A stretch of DNA of 64,000 bases from contig JAUXRW010000025.1 in NCBI GenBank assembly GCA_030681555.1, positions 37,710-101,709 of the forward strand. Direction: 5' to 3'. Below, one piece after another: positions 36,484-49,546 of the stretch (position 1 is its first letter; each line of letters begins with the position of its first letter). Origin of the DNA: Acidimicrobiales bacterium (GTDB taxonomy: Bacteria > Actinomycetota > Acidimicrobiia > Acidimicrobiales > VFJN01). The notes under the pieces were generated by a model. It saw nothing but the letters and a program-made list of their open reading frames with translations, ran no database searches and had not been told where the DNA came from. A program made the translations under genes and the position numbers.

Positions 36484-36624
36484 GTGAGCATCGGCGACTT
36501 CTCCATCCCCAGCGAGTTCTGGCAGTCGCTCCCCTTCGTCGTGACGATCGTCGTGGTGGCCGGTGGGGTCGGGCGTGCCGCAGCCCCGGCCGCCGACGGC
36601 GTACCGTTCGAGCGGTCGCGATGA
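36484..36624 (+). pseudogene. C-terminal stub of a BMP-family (nucleoside) ABC transporter permease
   Basis: VSIGDFSIPSEFWQSLPFVVTIVVVAGGVGRAAAPAADGVPFERSR* matches the last TM segment and tail (LPY..TI..L....GR...PAA.G.PY) of such permeases. The ATGA overlap with cdd is retained and no upstream part is present. Confidence 0.5.
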
Positions 36625-37007
36625 CCCTCGGCGCGGAGGGCGACATCGACATCGACTGGGCCGCCCTCCGGGCCGCCGCGGTCGAGGCGGCCACGCACGC
36701 CCACGCTCCCTACTCGGACTTCCCCGTCGGCGCGGCCGCGCTGGTCGAGGACGGACGCGTGGTCACCGGCTGCAACGTCGAGAGCTCGTCGTACGGGCTG
36801 TCCCTGTGCGCCGAGTGCGGCGTGGTCTCTGCCCTCCACGCCTCGGGAGGCGGCCGGCTCGTGGCCGCCGCCGTCGTCGACGGGAACGGCGCCGACCTCG
36901 TGCCGTGCGGCCGCTGTCGACAGCTCTTCTTCGACCACGGCGGACCCGACCTCCTAGTGAACGAGCGCCGCCTATACGAGCTCCTGCCCGATCCTTTCCG
37001 CTTCTGA
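36621..37007 (+). CDS. cdd: cytidine deaminase
   Basis: APYSDFPVGAAAL, CAECGVV and PCGRCRQ zinc-binding motifs, 128 aa. Confidence 0.9.
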   Translation: MTLGAEGDIDIDWAALRAAAVEAATHAHAPYSDFPVGAAALVEDGRVVTGCNVESSSYGLSLCAECGVVSALHASGGGRLVAAAVVDGNGADLVPCGRCRQLFFDHGGPDLLVNERRLYELLPDPFRF

Positions 37008-38278
37008 TGCACGCGATCGACCTCATACGCGCCAAGCGCGACGGCGGCCGGCTCGAGGATGCCCAGATCGACTGGTTCATCGATGCGTACACGAGCGGGA
37101 CGGTCGGCGACGAGCAAGCTGCGGCGCTGCTCATGACCATCTTCTTCCGCGGCCTCGACCCGCAGGAGCTGGCCCGCTGGACGGAGCGCATGATCGCCAC
37201 CGGCGAGCGGCTCGACCTGTCCACCCTCGATCGCCCGACCGTCGACAAACACTCCACCGGCGGCGTGGGGGACAAGATCTCCCTCGCGCTGTGCCCGCTC
37301 GTCGCTGCCTGCGGGGCCGCCGTGCCGCAAACGGCCGGCCGGGGGCTCGGCCACACGGGCGGCACGCTCGACAAGATGGAGTCCATCACCGGGTGGCGCC
37401 CCGACCTGAGCCACGCCGAGGCGGACGCCATCCTGCGGGCCAGCGGCGCCGTGATCCGTGCTGCGGGGGACGACCTGGCCCCCGCCGACCGTCGCCTCTA
37501 CGCGCTGCGGGACGTCACCGGCACGGTCGAGTCGATCCCCCTGATCGCCAGCTCGATCATGTCCAAGAAGATCGCCGAGGGCACGAGCGCACTGGTGCTC
37601 GACGTGAAGGTGGGCTCCGGGGCCTTCATGAAAGACGAGGCGCAGGCCCGGCAGCTGGCGGAGGCGATGGTCGGGCTCGGGGCCGCGCACGGCGTCCGGA
37701 CGACCGCGCTGCTCACGCAGATGGACGTGCCGCTGGGCCGGACGGCCGGGAACGCCCTCGAGGTGGCGGAGGCCGTCGAGGTGCTGGCCGGCGGTGGTCC
37801 GGCGGATGTCGTCGAGCTCACGGTCACCCTGGCCCGGGAGATGCTGGCCGTCGTCGGCCTCGACGCCGTCGATCCGGCCAACGTGCTCGCCGCCGGCCGC
37901 GCGATGGACGCGTGGAGGGCCATGGTCGCCGCGCAGGGCGGCGACCCGGGCGCGCCCCTCCCCCGCGCTTCGGAGGTCGAGGTCGTCGCCGCGCCCGCCA
38001 CCGGCACGCTTCGTCGCCTGGATGCAATGGCGCTGGGGGTCGCCGCCTGGCGCCTCGGAGCGGGCCGGGCCCGCAAGGAGGACGACGTGTCGGCCACAGC
38101 CGGCGTGGGGTGGCACGCCACCGTCGGGGATCGCGTCGAAGCCGGCCAGCCGCTGCTCGAGCTGCACGTCGACGATCCGGCCCGCCTGCCCGCGGCGCTG
38201 GCCGCCCTCGACGGAGCCCTCGAGATCGGCGACGACCCCGTCGACCCTCCGCCCCTGGTGCTCGCCCGGATCAGCTGA
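37007..38278 (+). CDS. deoA: thymidine/pyrimidine-nucleoside phosphorylase
   Basis: ATG 37007 overlaps the cdd stop (TGATG). Motifs are VDKHSTGGVGDKISL and TGGTLDKMESI. Confidence 0.92.
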   Translation: MHAIDLIRAKRDGGRLEDAQIDWFIDAYTSGTVGDEQAAALLMTIFFRGLDPQELARWTERMIATGERLDLSTLDRPTVDKHSTGGVGDKISLALCPLVAACGAAVPQTAGRGLGHTGGTLDKMESITGWRPDLSHAEADAILRASGAVIRAAGDDLAPADRRLYALRDVTGTVESIPLIASSIMSKKIAEGTSALVLDVKVGSGAFMKDEAQARQLAEAMVGLGAAHGVRTTALLTQMDVPLGRTAGNALEVAEAVEVLAGGGPADVVELTVTLAREMLAVVGLDAVDPANVLAAGRAMDAWRAMVAAQGGDPGAPLPRASEVEVVAAPATGTLRRLDAMALGVAAWRLGAGRARKEDDVSATAGVGWHATVGDRVEAGQPLLELHVDDPARLPAALAALDGALEIGDDPVDPPPLVLARIS

Positions 38279-40228
38279 TCTCGACCGGTTCTATCCCCTC
38301 GTCCGGCGGCAGCTCGAAGCCCAGCACCTGGGCGTAGAAGGAGAGCTCGCCGTCCAGCGCCGCTCGGATGTTGGCGCCCTGGCGGAAGCCGTGCTGCTCG
38401 CCCTCGAAGGCCATGTAGGCCACCGGGACGTTCCGTGCTCGGAGCGCCTCGACGATCATCTCCGCCTGGTTGGGCGGCACGATCGGGTCGTCCAGCCCCT
38501 GGAACACCGCGAGGGGGCGATCGATGCCGTCGGTGTGGAAGATCGGCGACCGCGCTTCGTAGGTGGCGCGCGCTTGGGGCCACGCTCCCACGAGGCCGTC
38601 GAGGTAGCGGCTCTCGAACTTGTGGGTCTCCTCGGCGAGCACGCCGAGGTCGGCGACGCCGTAGTGGCTCGCGCCCGCGGCGAAGGCGTCGTGGAAGGCG
38701 AGGGCGGCGAGGGTGGTGAACCCGCCGGCCGACCCGCCCCGGATGCAGCAGCGAGCCGCATCGATGACACCCTGCGCGGCCAGGTGCGCCACCACAGCCA
38801 CGCAGTCCTCGACGTCGGCGACGCCCCACTGCCCCCGGAGCAGGTCCCGGTAGGCCCGGCCGTAGCCGGTGGACCCGCGGTAGTTGACGTCGACGACGGC
38901 GAACCCGCGGCTCGTCCAGTAGGCCCGGGACAGCTGCAGCATGGGCCGGGCGGCGGCCGTGGGGCCGCCGTGGATCAGGACGAGGAGCGGCGGCGCCGCA
39001 CCCGGCGGCCCGGCGACGTCGGGGTTGGCCGGCCGGTAGAGGAGCGCGTGGGCGCGAGCCGCGCCGCCGGTGCGGGGTGCAGCGCCGGTGGGGAACTCGA
39101 TGGCCTGGGGCTCGGCGAACCAGCGGACGTCCAGCCCGAGGTCGCGCGGCTCCACCAGCACGGTGACGTCCCCACCATCGAGGTCGAGCTCGGCGACGTG
39201 CGGCTCCGTGGACGCCGACGCCACGACGGCCACCACCCTCGACCCCCTCGCCCGCATCCCGTCGATCGAGGTGTAGGGCACCCCGACGTCGAAGACGTCA
39301 CCCGCGCCCGTTCGCACGGCGAGGTGGTCGGAGCCGCCGTCCTTGTAGACGAACGCGGTGCGGCCGTCGTGGAGCAGGGCGAAGCAGGACTGGCCGAAGA
39401 CCCACTGCGGGAAGCCGATGTCGCGGCCGAGGTCGACCATCGACTCGACGGCGCCGCCGGGCGACCACCGGTAGAGGCTCCAGAAGCCGGTGCGATCGGC
39501 GGAGAACCACAGCGATCCGTCGGGCGCCCACGTGGGCTGGCACACCGATTCCCGTACGTCGCCGCCGGCCACGACGGTGCGGTGGCCGCCCGCGTCCACC
39601 ACCAGGCGGGTGGCGTCCCACGGCATGTCCGGGTGGTCCCACTCCAGCCAGCAGAACGCCGAGCCATCGGGGTTCCACCGGGGGTCGGCCACGAAGTCGG
39701 GGCCCTCGACGACCACCTCCGGCGTCGACGGCTCGCTGGCGGCGAGGCGCACGATGGTGTTGGTCGCCTCCGACCCGTCGTCGTGGTGCTCCTCGCGCAC
39801 GCACAGCACCGACCGGCCGTCCGGGTGCACCGAGCCGTCTGCGAAGCGCCAGCCGCGGGGCACCTCCGGCTCCGGCGTGAGCGGCACCGGTGTGAGCGGC
39901 ACCGGTTCGCTCCCGGGATCGACGCGATGCAGGCGTTGGGTGGCCCAGTCCGCGAACCAGAGCACGCCCCCGGAGACCCACCACGCGCCGCCCCCGTACT
40001 CGTGGACCCTCGTGCGGGCGTTCCACGGGGCCGCCAGCACCTCGTCCACGCGGCCGTCGGGCCGCCGGCGCAGGATCGCCGTGCGGCCGCCCTCGTCGGG
40101 ACGCCCCTCGGACCACCACAGGTCCTCGCCGTCGACCTGCACGGCCCCGGGCAGACGGGCCGCCCGCACGACGAGCTCGCTGGTGATGGGCGTCGGCCAG
40201 GAGCCGAAGGGCAGCACCTCCGGCGGCG

Positions 40229-40232
<4 letters not shown>
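38271..40232 (-). CDS. S9-family serine peptidase (prolyl oligopeptidase/acylaminoacyl peptidase-like) with N-terminal beta-propeller
   Basis: ATG 40232 overlaps the aminotransferase stop. Catalytic motif is [10 protein letters not shown]. The 995-aa track ORF is a read-through artefact upstream of this start. Confidence 0.85.
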
Positions 40233-42621
<2,389 letters not shown>

Positions 42622-42630
42622 GCGGTCCCC

Positions 42631-43539
42631 ATGCGGTTCTCCGTCTGGCCCGGGCTCCAGCAGCCCTGGGCCGCTGTCCTCGACGAGGTCCAGCACGCCG
42701 AGGCCACCGGGTGGGACGGCGCGTACGTCGCCGACCACTTCATGGGTGACGGCACCGGCCTGGGCGTCGTCGACGCCCCCACCCTCGAGGCCACGGCGGC
42801 GCTGGCGGCGCTGGCGGCCTCCACCACCCGCCTGCGCCTCGGCACGCTCGTGCTCGGCAACACCTACCGGCACCCGGCCGTGCTGGCCAAGTGGGCGGCC
42901 ACCGTCGACCACGTCAGCGGGGGCCGGCTGCTCCTCGGCATCGGCGCCGGTTGGCAGGAGAACGAGCACGAGCAGTACGGCATCGAGCTGCCGCCGCCGG
43001 GCCCGCGCCTCGAGCGGTTCGAGGAGGCGTGCCGCGTCCTGCGCGGCATGCTGCGCGACGGGCGCACCACCGTCCAGGGCGCCCACTACCGGGTGACCGA
43101 CGCCCTCGCCGAGCCCAAACCGGTGCAGGACCACCTGCCCCTGCTCATCGGCGGGAAGGGCGACCGCATGATGGGCATCGTCGCCCGTCACGCAGACGAG
43201 TGGAACATGTGGGGCCTCGCCGACGTTATCGCCGAGCGCTCGGCGCTCCTCGAGCGCCGCTGCGAGGCCCTCGGCCGCGACGCCTCCACGATCGCGCGGT
43301 CCGCCCAGGCCCTCGTGCTGCTCACCGACGACCGCTCCGCCGCCGAGACCTTCCTCGCCGGGACGGGTGGGCGGGCGGCCATCGCCGGCACCGTCGACCA
43401 GGTCGCCGACGCCGTGGCCGCCTGGCAGGAGGTCGGGCTCGACGAGGTGATCATCCCGGACTTCACGCTCGGGTCGGGGACGAGGCGCCTCGAGCGGCTG
43501 GATGCGATCATCGAGCAGGTCTCACCCAACTTCCGCTGA
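42631..43539 (+). CDS. LLM-class (luciferase-like) F420-dependent oxidoreductase
   Basis: VADHFMG, LGTLVLGNTYRHPAVLAK, GRLLLGIGAGW and LLIGGKGDRMM are typical of the family. Confidence 0.8.
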   Translation: MRFSVWPGLQQPWAAVLDEVQHAEATGWDGAYVADHFMGDGTGLGVVDAPTLEATAALAALAASTTRLRLGTLVLGNTYRHPAVLAKWAATVDHVSGGRLLLGIGAGWQENEHEQYGIELPPPGPRLERFEEACRVLRGMLRDGRTTVQGAHYRVTDALAEPKPVQDHLPLLIGGKGDRMMGIVARHADEWNMWGLADVIAERSALLERRCEALGRDASTIARSAQALVLLTDDRSAAETFLAGTGGRAAIAGTVDQVADAVAAWQEVGLDEVIIPDFTLGSGTRRLERLDAIIEQVSPNFR

Positions 43540-43585
43540 CCGCCGACCGCTGCGGATTACACCACCGCCGACCCGAGGGGTTCCC

Positions 43586-45307
43586 ATGCCGACGAGTGCC
43601 GAGGTCCGTGCGCAGCTCACCGGGCCGGGAGGGATGTTCGAGATCACCACCGAGGACGTCCTCGGTCGCCCCACCCAGGTGTACGCCAACCGCATGCCGT
43701 CCCTCCGCTCGGTCGCGGAGGCGGGGCTGATGCGGGGCGACGCGCAGACGTTCCTCGTCTACGGCGAGCGCACCTACGGCTTCGGCACCTTCGTCGAGAC
43801 GGCCAACAGCGTCGCCCACACCCTGCGCCGGTCCTTCGGCATCAACAAGGGCGACCGCGTCGCCGTCCTGGCGCAGAACAACCCCGAGTGGTGCCTCTCC
43901 TTCTGGGCCACCGTCTCCCAGGGCGCGGTGCTCGTGGGCCTCAACGGGTGGTGGACCACCGACGAGGTGCTCTACGGGCTGCAGGACTCTGGAGCGAAGG
44001 TGCTGGTGGCGGACCGGAAGCGCTTCGAGCGCATCGCGGACTCCCTGGACCAGTTGCCCGACCTCGAGCACGTCTTCCTGATCGACGGCCAGGCGGTGGA
44101 CGTGGGCCTGGCCGACGACCCACGCATCCACACCTTCGACGAGCTCACCGGGTCACCCACGCCCGACTTCGTGGACGAGGACATCGCCGAGGACGACCAC
44201 GCGGTGATCTTCTACACGTCCGGCACCACGGGCCGACCCAAGGGCGCGATCTCTACGCACCGCAGCATGATCGCCAACCTCCAGAACACGATCTACAACG
44301 CGGTGGCCGGTTCGCTGGCCGGTGGCGGCGCCCTCCCCGACGCCGGCAAGGGCCAGAACGTCTCGCTGTTCACGTCGCCGCTCTTCCACGTCTCCGGGTG
44401 CCACTCCACCCTCGTCGTCGGCCTGCTCGCCGGGCTGAAGCTGGTGATGCCCGAGGGGCGCTTCACCCCGGAGCGGGCCCTCGAGCTCATCCAGGAGCAC
44501 CAGGTCACGGTGTGGGCCACCGTGCCCACGATGGTGTGGCGGCTCTGCGAGCACCCGGACCGGCACGACTACGACACGTCGTCCGTCCGCAGCGTGGCGT
44601 TCGGCGGGTCGCCGTCCGCGGACGAGCTGCAGCGGATGATCCGCGAGACCTTCCCGAACGTCGCGAGCACGTCCAACGCCTACGGCCTCACCGAGACGTC
44701 CTCGGTGGCGACGGTGATCTCCGGGCAGGACGCCCTCGACCGGCCCACGTCCGTGGGCCCGCCCGTCCCCACCGTCGAGGTGCGCATCGTCGGCGAGGAC
44801 GGGGAGGAGGTGCCCACCGGCGAGACGGGCGAGGTCTGCATCTACGGGCCGATCTTGATGGCGGGCTACTGGAACAAGCCGAAGGCCACTGCCGAGGCCA
44901 TCCGGGACGGCTGGCTCCGCACGGGCGACCTCGGCCATGTCGATGCCGACGGGTTCGTGTACATCACGGACCGCAAGAAGGACATGATCATCCGCGGCGG
45001 CGAGAACATCTACTGCGTCGAGATCGAGCAGCGCCTCGTCACCCATCCCGGCATCGCCGACGCCGCCATCATCGGGGTGCCCCACTCCGAGCTCGGCGAG
45101 GAGGTGAAGGCGGTGGTGCAGCTCGAGCCGGGTACCTCCCTGACCGAGGCCGACGTCCGCCAGTGGGTGGCCGACGGATTGGCCTCCTTCAAGGTGCCCA
45201 CCTACGTCGAGCTCTGGCAGGACAAGCTCCCCCGCAACGCCAGCGGCAAGCTGCTGAAGAACGTGCTGCGAGGCGAGGGCGCCGTCAGCTTCGCCGAGAC
45301 GATGTGA
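43586..45307 (+). CDS. AMP-dependent acyl-CoA synthetase/ligase
   Basis: ATG 43586 follows GAGGGG. Motifs are IFYTSGTTGRPKGA, AYGLTET, and TGDLGHVDADGFVYITDRKKD. Confidence 0.85.
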   Translation: MPTSAEVRAQLTGPGGMFEITTEDVLGRPTQVYANRMPSLRSVAEAGLMRGDAQTFLVYGERTYGFGTFVETANSVAHTLRRSFGINKGDRVAVLAQNNPEWCLSFWATVSQGAVLVGLNGWWTTDEVLYGLQDSGAKVLVADRKRFERIADSLDQLPDLEHVFLIDGQAVDVGLADDPRIHTFDELTGSPTPDFVDEDIAEDDHAVIFYTSGTTGRPKGAISTHRSMIANLQNTIYNAVAGSLAGGGALPDAGKGQNVSLFTSPLFHVSGCHSTLVVGLLAGLKLVMPEGRFTPERALELIQEHQVTVWATVPTMVWRLCEHPDRHDYDTSSVRSVAFGGSPSADELQRMIRETFPNVASTSNAYGLTETSSVATVISGQDALDRPTSVGPPVPTVEVRIVGEDGEEVPTGETGEVCIYGPILMAGYWNKPKATAEAIRDGWLRTGDLGHVDADGFVYITDRKKDMIIRGGENIYCVEIEQRLVTHPGIADAAIIGVPHSELGEEVKAVVQLEPGTSLTEADVRQWVADGLASFKVPTYVELWQDKLPRNASGKLLKNVLRGEGAVSFAETM

Positions 45308-45320
45308 AGCGCGTCCACCC

Positions 45321-46115
45321 GTGAGGGACGCGCTGAAGCGGGTGCCGCCGCTCTACTGGGTCGCCCGTCGCGCCCGGTTGGCCGTGGGTGACCTCCTGCC
45401 GGCGCGCGGGGTGCCCGGAGTGCCCGGGCCCGTCCACGGCAACGACGTGATGTTCGTCGGGAGCTCGCCGGAGGAGTACGCGGCCACCGGCCGGTCGGCG
45501 GCGGAGTTCGTGGCCGCTGCGGTGACGGCGGCCGACATCGTGCCGGCTGCCGGGCTCGACCTCGGTTGTGGGCACGGACGGGTGCTCCGCCACCTGGTCG
45601 ACCTCGTGCCGGCGGCTTGGACGGCCTGCGACCTCGACGCCAGCGGCGTCCGCTTCTGCAGCCGCGCCTTCGCGGCCACCCCGGTCCGGTCCCGGATCCC
45701 GCTCAGCGCGGTGACGTTCCCGGCCACCTATGACGTTGTCTGGATGGGCTCGCTCGTCACGCACCTGGGCGAAGCGGCCCTCGACGACCTCTGGGCCACC
45801 CTTGGCGCCTGCACTGCGCCGACGGCGATCGTGGCGATGTCCGTGCTGCGGCCCGCGATGGCGGTCCATCTCGAGATGTTCGGACCCGGCATGCAGCAGC
45901 ACCTCGGCGACGTCGAGCGGCGCCTCGAGGCGGCAGGCGTGGCCTACGTCCCGTACCCGCACTACGCGAGGGGCGACTACGGCGTCACGTTCCACGACCC
46001 CGACCGCCTGCCCGCGCAGGTGGCGGCGGCCGGCGGGCGGACCGTCGAGCTCATGGCCCACGAGGTGGGCGCGTGGCAGGGCATGCAGGACTACGTCGCC
46101 CTGCGCTTCTCCTAG
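45321..46115 (+). CDS. class I SAM-dependent methyltransferase
   Basis: Motif [10 protein letters not shown] followed by an acidic loop (ACDLD), 264 aa, GTG start. Confidence 0.7.
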   Translation: MRDALKRVPPLYWVARRARLAVGDLLPARGVPGVPGPVHGNDVMFVGSSPEEYAATGRSAAEFVAAAVTAADIVPAAGLDLGCGHGRVLRHLVDLVPAAWTACDLDASGVRFCSRAFAATPVRSRIPLSAVTFPATYDVVWMGSLVTHLGEAALDDLWATLGACTAPTAIVAMSVLRPAMAVHLEMFGPGMQQHLGDVERRLEAAGVAYVPYPHYARGDYGVTFHDPDRLPAQVAAAGGRTVELMAHEVGAWQGMQDYVALRFS

Positions 46116-47137
46116 CCGCCGCTGATGTCCTGGACCCGCTGCTTGCCAGCGGAGATCCAGGGCATCATCCCTCGGAGCTCCTCACCCACGGCCTCGATCT
46201 GGTGGGCCTTGCCCGCCTCCTGCAGCGCCTTGTAGCTGCCCCGCCCGGACTCGCTCTCGGCGACCCATTCCTCGGCGAACCGGCCGTCCTGGATCTCGTC
46301 GAGGACCTTGCGCATCTCGGCCTTCACGGCGGCGTTGATGATGCGCGGGCCCCGGGTGAGGTCGCCGTACTCGGCGGTGTCGGAGATGGAGTAGCGCATG
46401 CCGGCGATGCCCTGCTCGTACATGAGGTCGACGATGAGCTTCAACTCGTGGAGGCACTCGAAGTAGGCGGACTCGGGCTGGTAGCCCGCCTCCACCAGCG
46501 TCTCGAAGCCGGCCTGGACGAGCGCGGTGAGCCCGCCGCAGAGGACGACCTGCTCGCCGAACAGATCGGTCTCGGTCTCCTCTTCGAACGTGGTCTCGAG
46601 GACGCCGGCCCGAGCACCGCCGATGGCGTCGGCGTAGGACAGGGCAAGGTCGCGGGTCTTGCCCGACGCGTCCTGGGAGACCGCGATGAGGCACGGCACG
46701 CCGCCGCCCTCGGTGTAGGTGCGGCGGACCAGGTGGCCCGGGCCCTTGGGCGCCACCAGGGCGACGTCGACCTCGGCCGGGGCGACGACCTGGCCGAAGC
46801 GCACGCTGAAGCCGTGGCCGACGAAGAGGGCGTCGCCGGGCTGGAGGTGCGGGGCGATGTGCCCGTTGAAGATGGCCTTGTGCTCGGTGTCCGGCCCGAG
46901 GAGCATCACGAGATCGGCCTCGGCCGTGGCGTCGGCCACCGACAGCACGCGGAGTCCGGCGGCCTCTGCCTTGACCACGGACGAGGAGCCTTCGCGAAGC
47001 CCTACCCGCACGTCCACGCCCGACTCCTTCAGGTTCAGCGCGTGGGCGTGCCCCTGCGAGCCGTAGCCGATGACGGCGACCTTTCGCCCTGCGATCAGCG
47101 AGCTGTCGGCGTCCTTCTCGTAGTACACGTTGGCCAT
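46112..47137 (-). CDS. ilvC: ketol-acid reductoisomerase (class I)
   Basis: [21 protein letters not shown] and [18 protein letters not shown], 341 aa. Confidence 0.95.
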   Translation of the reverse strand: MANVYYEKDADSSLIAGRKVAVIGYGSQGHAHALNLKESGVDVRVGLREGSSSVVKAEAAGLRVLSVADATAEADLVMLLGPDTEHKAIFNGHIAPHLQPGDALFVGHGFSVRFGQVVAPAEVDVALVAPKGPGHLVRRTYTEGGGVPCLIAVSQDASGKTRDLALSYADAIGGARAGVLETTFEEETETDLFGEQVVLCGGLTALVQAGFETLVEAGYQPESAYFECLHELKLIVDLMYEQGIAGMRYSISDTAEYGDLTRGPRIINAAVKAEMRKVLDEIQDGRFAEEWVAESESGRGSYKALQEAGKAHQIEAVGEELRGMMPWISAGKQRVQDISGG

Positions 47138-47165
47138 CGGGTTCCTCTTCTCTCAGGCGCCGAGC

Positions 47166-47510
47166 TCAGGCGTCGGACTCTAGGAAGGCTCGCAGGCGGT
47201 CCTGGAACCCGTCGAACTCGCCGGGCGCGAGCTCGTGGATCTCCAGCACGTTGACGAGCTTGTCGAGCTGCTTCATGACCTGGTCGAGCGGCGCCGACGC
47301 GACGTCGACCTCCAGGGTGATCTGGCTGATGCGCTCGTCGGCGGTGGGCGCCACGGCGAGGCTCAGGATGTTGAAGCCCCGCCGGGCGAACAGCCCGGCC
47401 ACGCGGGCGAGCACGCCGGCCTTGTTCTCCACGAGCACGGCGAGCAGGTGGTGCCGCGCCGGTGCATGGGTTGCGCCGTCCGGTGGTGGGGCGTGTTCGG
47501 CAGTGCTCAC
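47166..47510 (-). CDS. ilvN: acetolactate synthase small (regulatory) subunit, short ACT-only form
   Basis: GTG 47510 overlaps the ilvB stop (GTGA). It has [33 protein letters not shown]. At only 114 aa it lacks the usual second (ALS_ss_C) domain. Confidence 0.85.
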   Translation of the reverse strand: MSTAEHAPPPDGATHAPARHHLLAVLVENKAGVLARVAGLFARRGFNILSLAVAPTADERISQITLEVDVASAPLDQVMKQLDKLVNVLEIHELAPGEFDGFQDRLRAFLESDA

Positions 47511-49264
47511 TGGACGTACCCCTCGCCAAGCGCCGGGTCGGTGATGATCTCGTCGTTGCTCTTGCCTGCGGGCACCATCGGGAAGACCTTCTCCGAGGCG
47601 TCGGTGCGGAAGTCGATGACGACGGGGCGGTCGTCGATCTCGTTGGCCTTCTGGATGGCCGACTCCACCTCCTCCGGCGCCTCCACCCGCATGCCCACGC
47701 AGCCCATGGCCTCGGCCCAGAGCTTGTAGTCGGGCAGGTCGGGCGACAGGTACACCTCGGAGTACCGCTCCTCGTAGAACATCTCCTGCCACTGGCGGAC
47801 CATGCCGAGGTACGCGTTGTTGAGGATGGCGATCTTCACCGGGATGCGCTCGGCCGCCGCCGTGACGAGCTCCTGGGCCGTCATCTGGAAGCACCCGTCG
47901 CCGTCCACGGCCCACACCATGGCGTCGGGGCGGCCGACCTTGGCCCCGATGGCGGCGGGGACGGCGAAGCCCATCGTGCCGAGGCCGCCCGAGTTCACCC
48001 ACGTGTAGGGGTGGTCGAACTTCCAGTACTGCGAGGTCCACATCTGGTGCTGACCGACGCCTGAGGCGACGATGCAGTCGTCCGGAGTGTTGTCGCGCAA
48101 CTGCTCGAGGACGAACTGCGGCTTGAGGGCCTCGCCGGGATCCGACGGGCGGTAGCTGAGGGGGTGCTTCTCCCTCCAGCCCGAGATCGTCTGCTTCCAG
48201 GCCGCGCGGTCGGGGGCCTCGGCACCGCCGTCGAGCCGCTCGCGGAGCACCGCCACGAGTTCCTCGATGACGAGCCGGCAGTCGCCGGTGATCGGCACGT
48301 CCGGGCGCCGCACCTTGCCGAGCTCGGCCGGGTCGATGTCGACGTGGATGATCTTCGCCTCCGGGGCGAACGTCGGCACCTTGCCGGTGACGCGGTCGTC
48401 GAAGCGGCTGCCGAGGGCGATCAGCAGGTCGGACCGCTGCATCGACGTGACCGCGGAGTAGTTGCCGTGCATCCCCGGCATGCCGAGGCACAGCGGGTGG
48501 GAGTCGGGGAACGCGCCGCGGGCCATCAAGGTGGTGACGACGTGGATGTCGCACAGCTCGGCCAGCTCTCGGAGGGCGCTGGCGGCCCGAGCCTTGAGGA
48601 TGCCCCCGCCGGCGTAGATGACCGGACGGGAGGAGGAGAGGATCAGCTCCGCCGCCTCCCGGATCCTGCGGGGGTCCCCCTTGGTGACCGGTCGATACCC
48701 GGGCAGGCCGTCGCGCACCGAGTCGTCATCCGGCCACTCCCAGCGCATCGCCGAGAGGGGGTTGTTGGCGTCGACGATGTCCTTGGGGATGTCGAGCAGC
48801 ACGGGGCCCGGCCGGCCGGTGGTGGCGATGTGAAAGGCCTCGCGCACGGCCCGCGGGATGTCCTGCGCGGAGGTCACCAGCTCGTTGTGCTTCGTGACGG
48901 ACCGGGTGATCCCGATCGTGTCGCACTCCTGGAAGGCGTCGGTGCCGATGGCGCCGGTGGGGACCTGGCCGGTGATGACGACCATGGGGATGGAGTCCAT
49001 GAAGGCGTCGCACAGCGGGGTGACGATGTTCGTCGCGGCAGGGCCGGAGGTGACCATGGCCACGCCCGGGCGGCCCGTCACGTGGGCATAGCCCTCGGCC
49101 ATGTGCCCGGCGCCCTGCTCGTGCCGCACGAGGATGTGCCGGATCGGGCTGTCGAGCAGCGGGTCGTACACGGGGAGGATGCAGCCCCCGGGGAGGCCGA
49201 AGATCGTGTCGACGCCCTCCATCTCGAGGGACTTGATGAGCGCTTGCGCACCGGTCAGCTGCAT
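47507..49264 (-). CDS. ilvB: acetolactate synthase large (catalytic) subunit
   Basis: ATG 49264 follows GAAGGAA ([27 protein letters not shown]). It carries the ThDP motif [16 protein letters not shown]...DGDGCFQM. Confidence 0.93.
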   Translation of the reverse strand: MQLTGAQALIKSLEMEGVDTIFGLPGGCILPVYDPLLDSPIRHILVRHEQGAGHMAEGYAHVTGRPGVAMVTSGPAATNIVTPLCDAFMDSIPMVVITGQVPTGAIGTDAFQECDTIGITRSVTKHNELVTSAQDIPRAVREAFHIATTGRPGPVLLDIPKDIVDANNPLSAMRWEWPDDDSVRDGLPGYRPVTKGDPRRIREAAELILSSSRPVIYAGGGILKARAASALRELAELCDIHVVTTLMARGAFPDSHPLCLGMPGMHGNYSAVTSMQRSDLLIALGSRFDDRVTGKVPTFAPEAKIIHVDIDPAELGKVRRPDVPITGDCRLVIEELVAVLRERLDGGAEAPDRAAWKQTISGWREKHPLSYRPSDPGEALKPQFVLEQLRDNTPDDCIVASGVGQHQMWTSQYWKFDHPYTWVNSGGLGTMGFAVPAAIGAKVGRPDAMVWAVDGDGCFQMTAQELVTAAAERIPVKIAILNNAYLGMVRQWQEMFYEERYSEVYLSPDLPDYKLWAEAMGCVGMRVEAPEEVESAIQKANEIDDRPVVIDFRTDASEKVFPMVPAGKSNDEIITDPALGEGYVQ

Positions 49265-49282
49265 CAGCGGGGTTCCTTCGTG

Positions 49283-49316
49283 CAAAACGGCGACGACCTC
49301 CCGGCTGGGAGGTCGT
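49283..49316 (-). terminator. terminator-like hairpin inside the ilvB 5-prime leader (attenuator terminator)
   Basis: Minus strand ACGACCTCCC-AGCC-GGGAGGTCGT then CGCCGTTTTG, about 20 nt upstream of the ilvB ATG. The U-run is short (4). Confidence 0.55.
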
Positions 49317-49347
49317 GAGGGCGCACTACGAGCAGGGTCGAAGTGCG

Positions 49348-49386
49348 CTAGGTGATTACCACCAGGAGGAGGGTCGGGCGAGCCAC
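49348..49386 (-). promoter_or_regulatory. ilvB leader peptide ORF (V)[11 protein letters not shown]
   Basis: GTG GCT CGC CCG ACC CTC CTC CTG GTG GTA ATC ACC TAG has Leu x3, Val x2, Ile x1 just before the stop. Hairpin GCGCACT-N14-AGTGCGC starts at the stop. The start codon is uncertain (no clear SD, in-frame TTG upstream). Confidence 0.55.
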
Positions 49387-49546
49387 GGCGGAAGTGTCCC
49401 ACGACGACGCCGGGCCAGGCAACCCCAGGAAATGTCGTGCACGGGGCCCGGTTCGACTATGGTTTCGACAAGTCCGATCAGGACTCCAGCCCCCGGCACC
49501 CCTGGTGTCGGTCCAATCGAACGTCCAACGAGGAGAAGCTGTGCGC

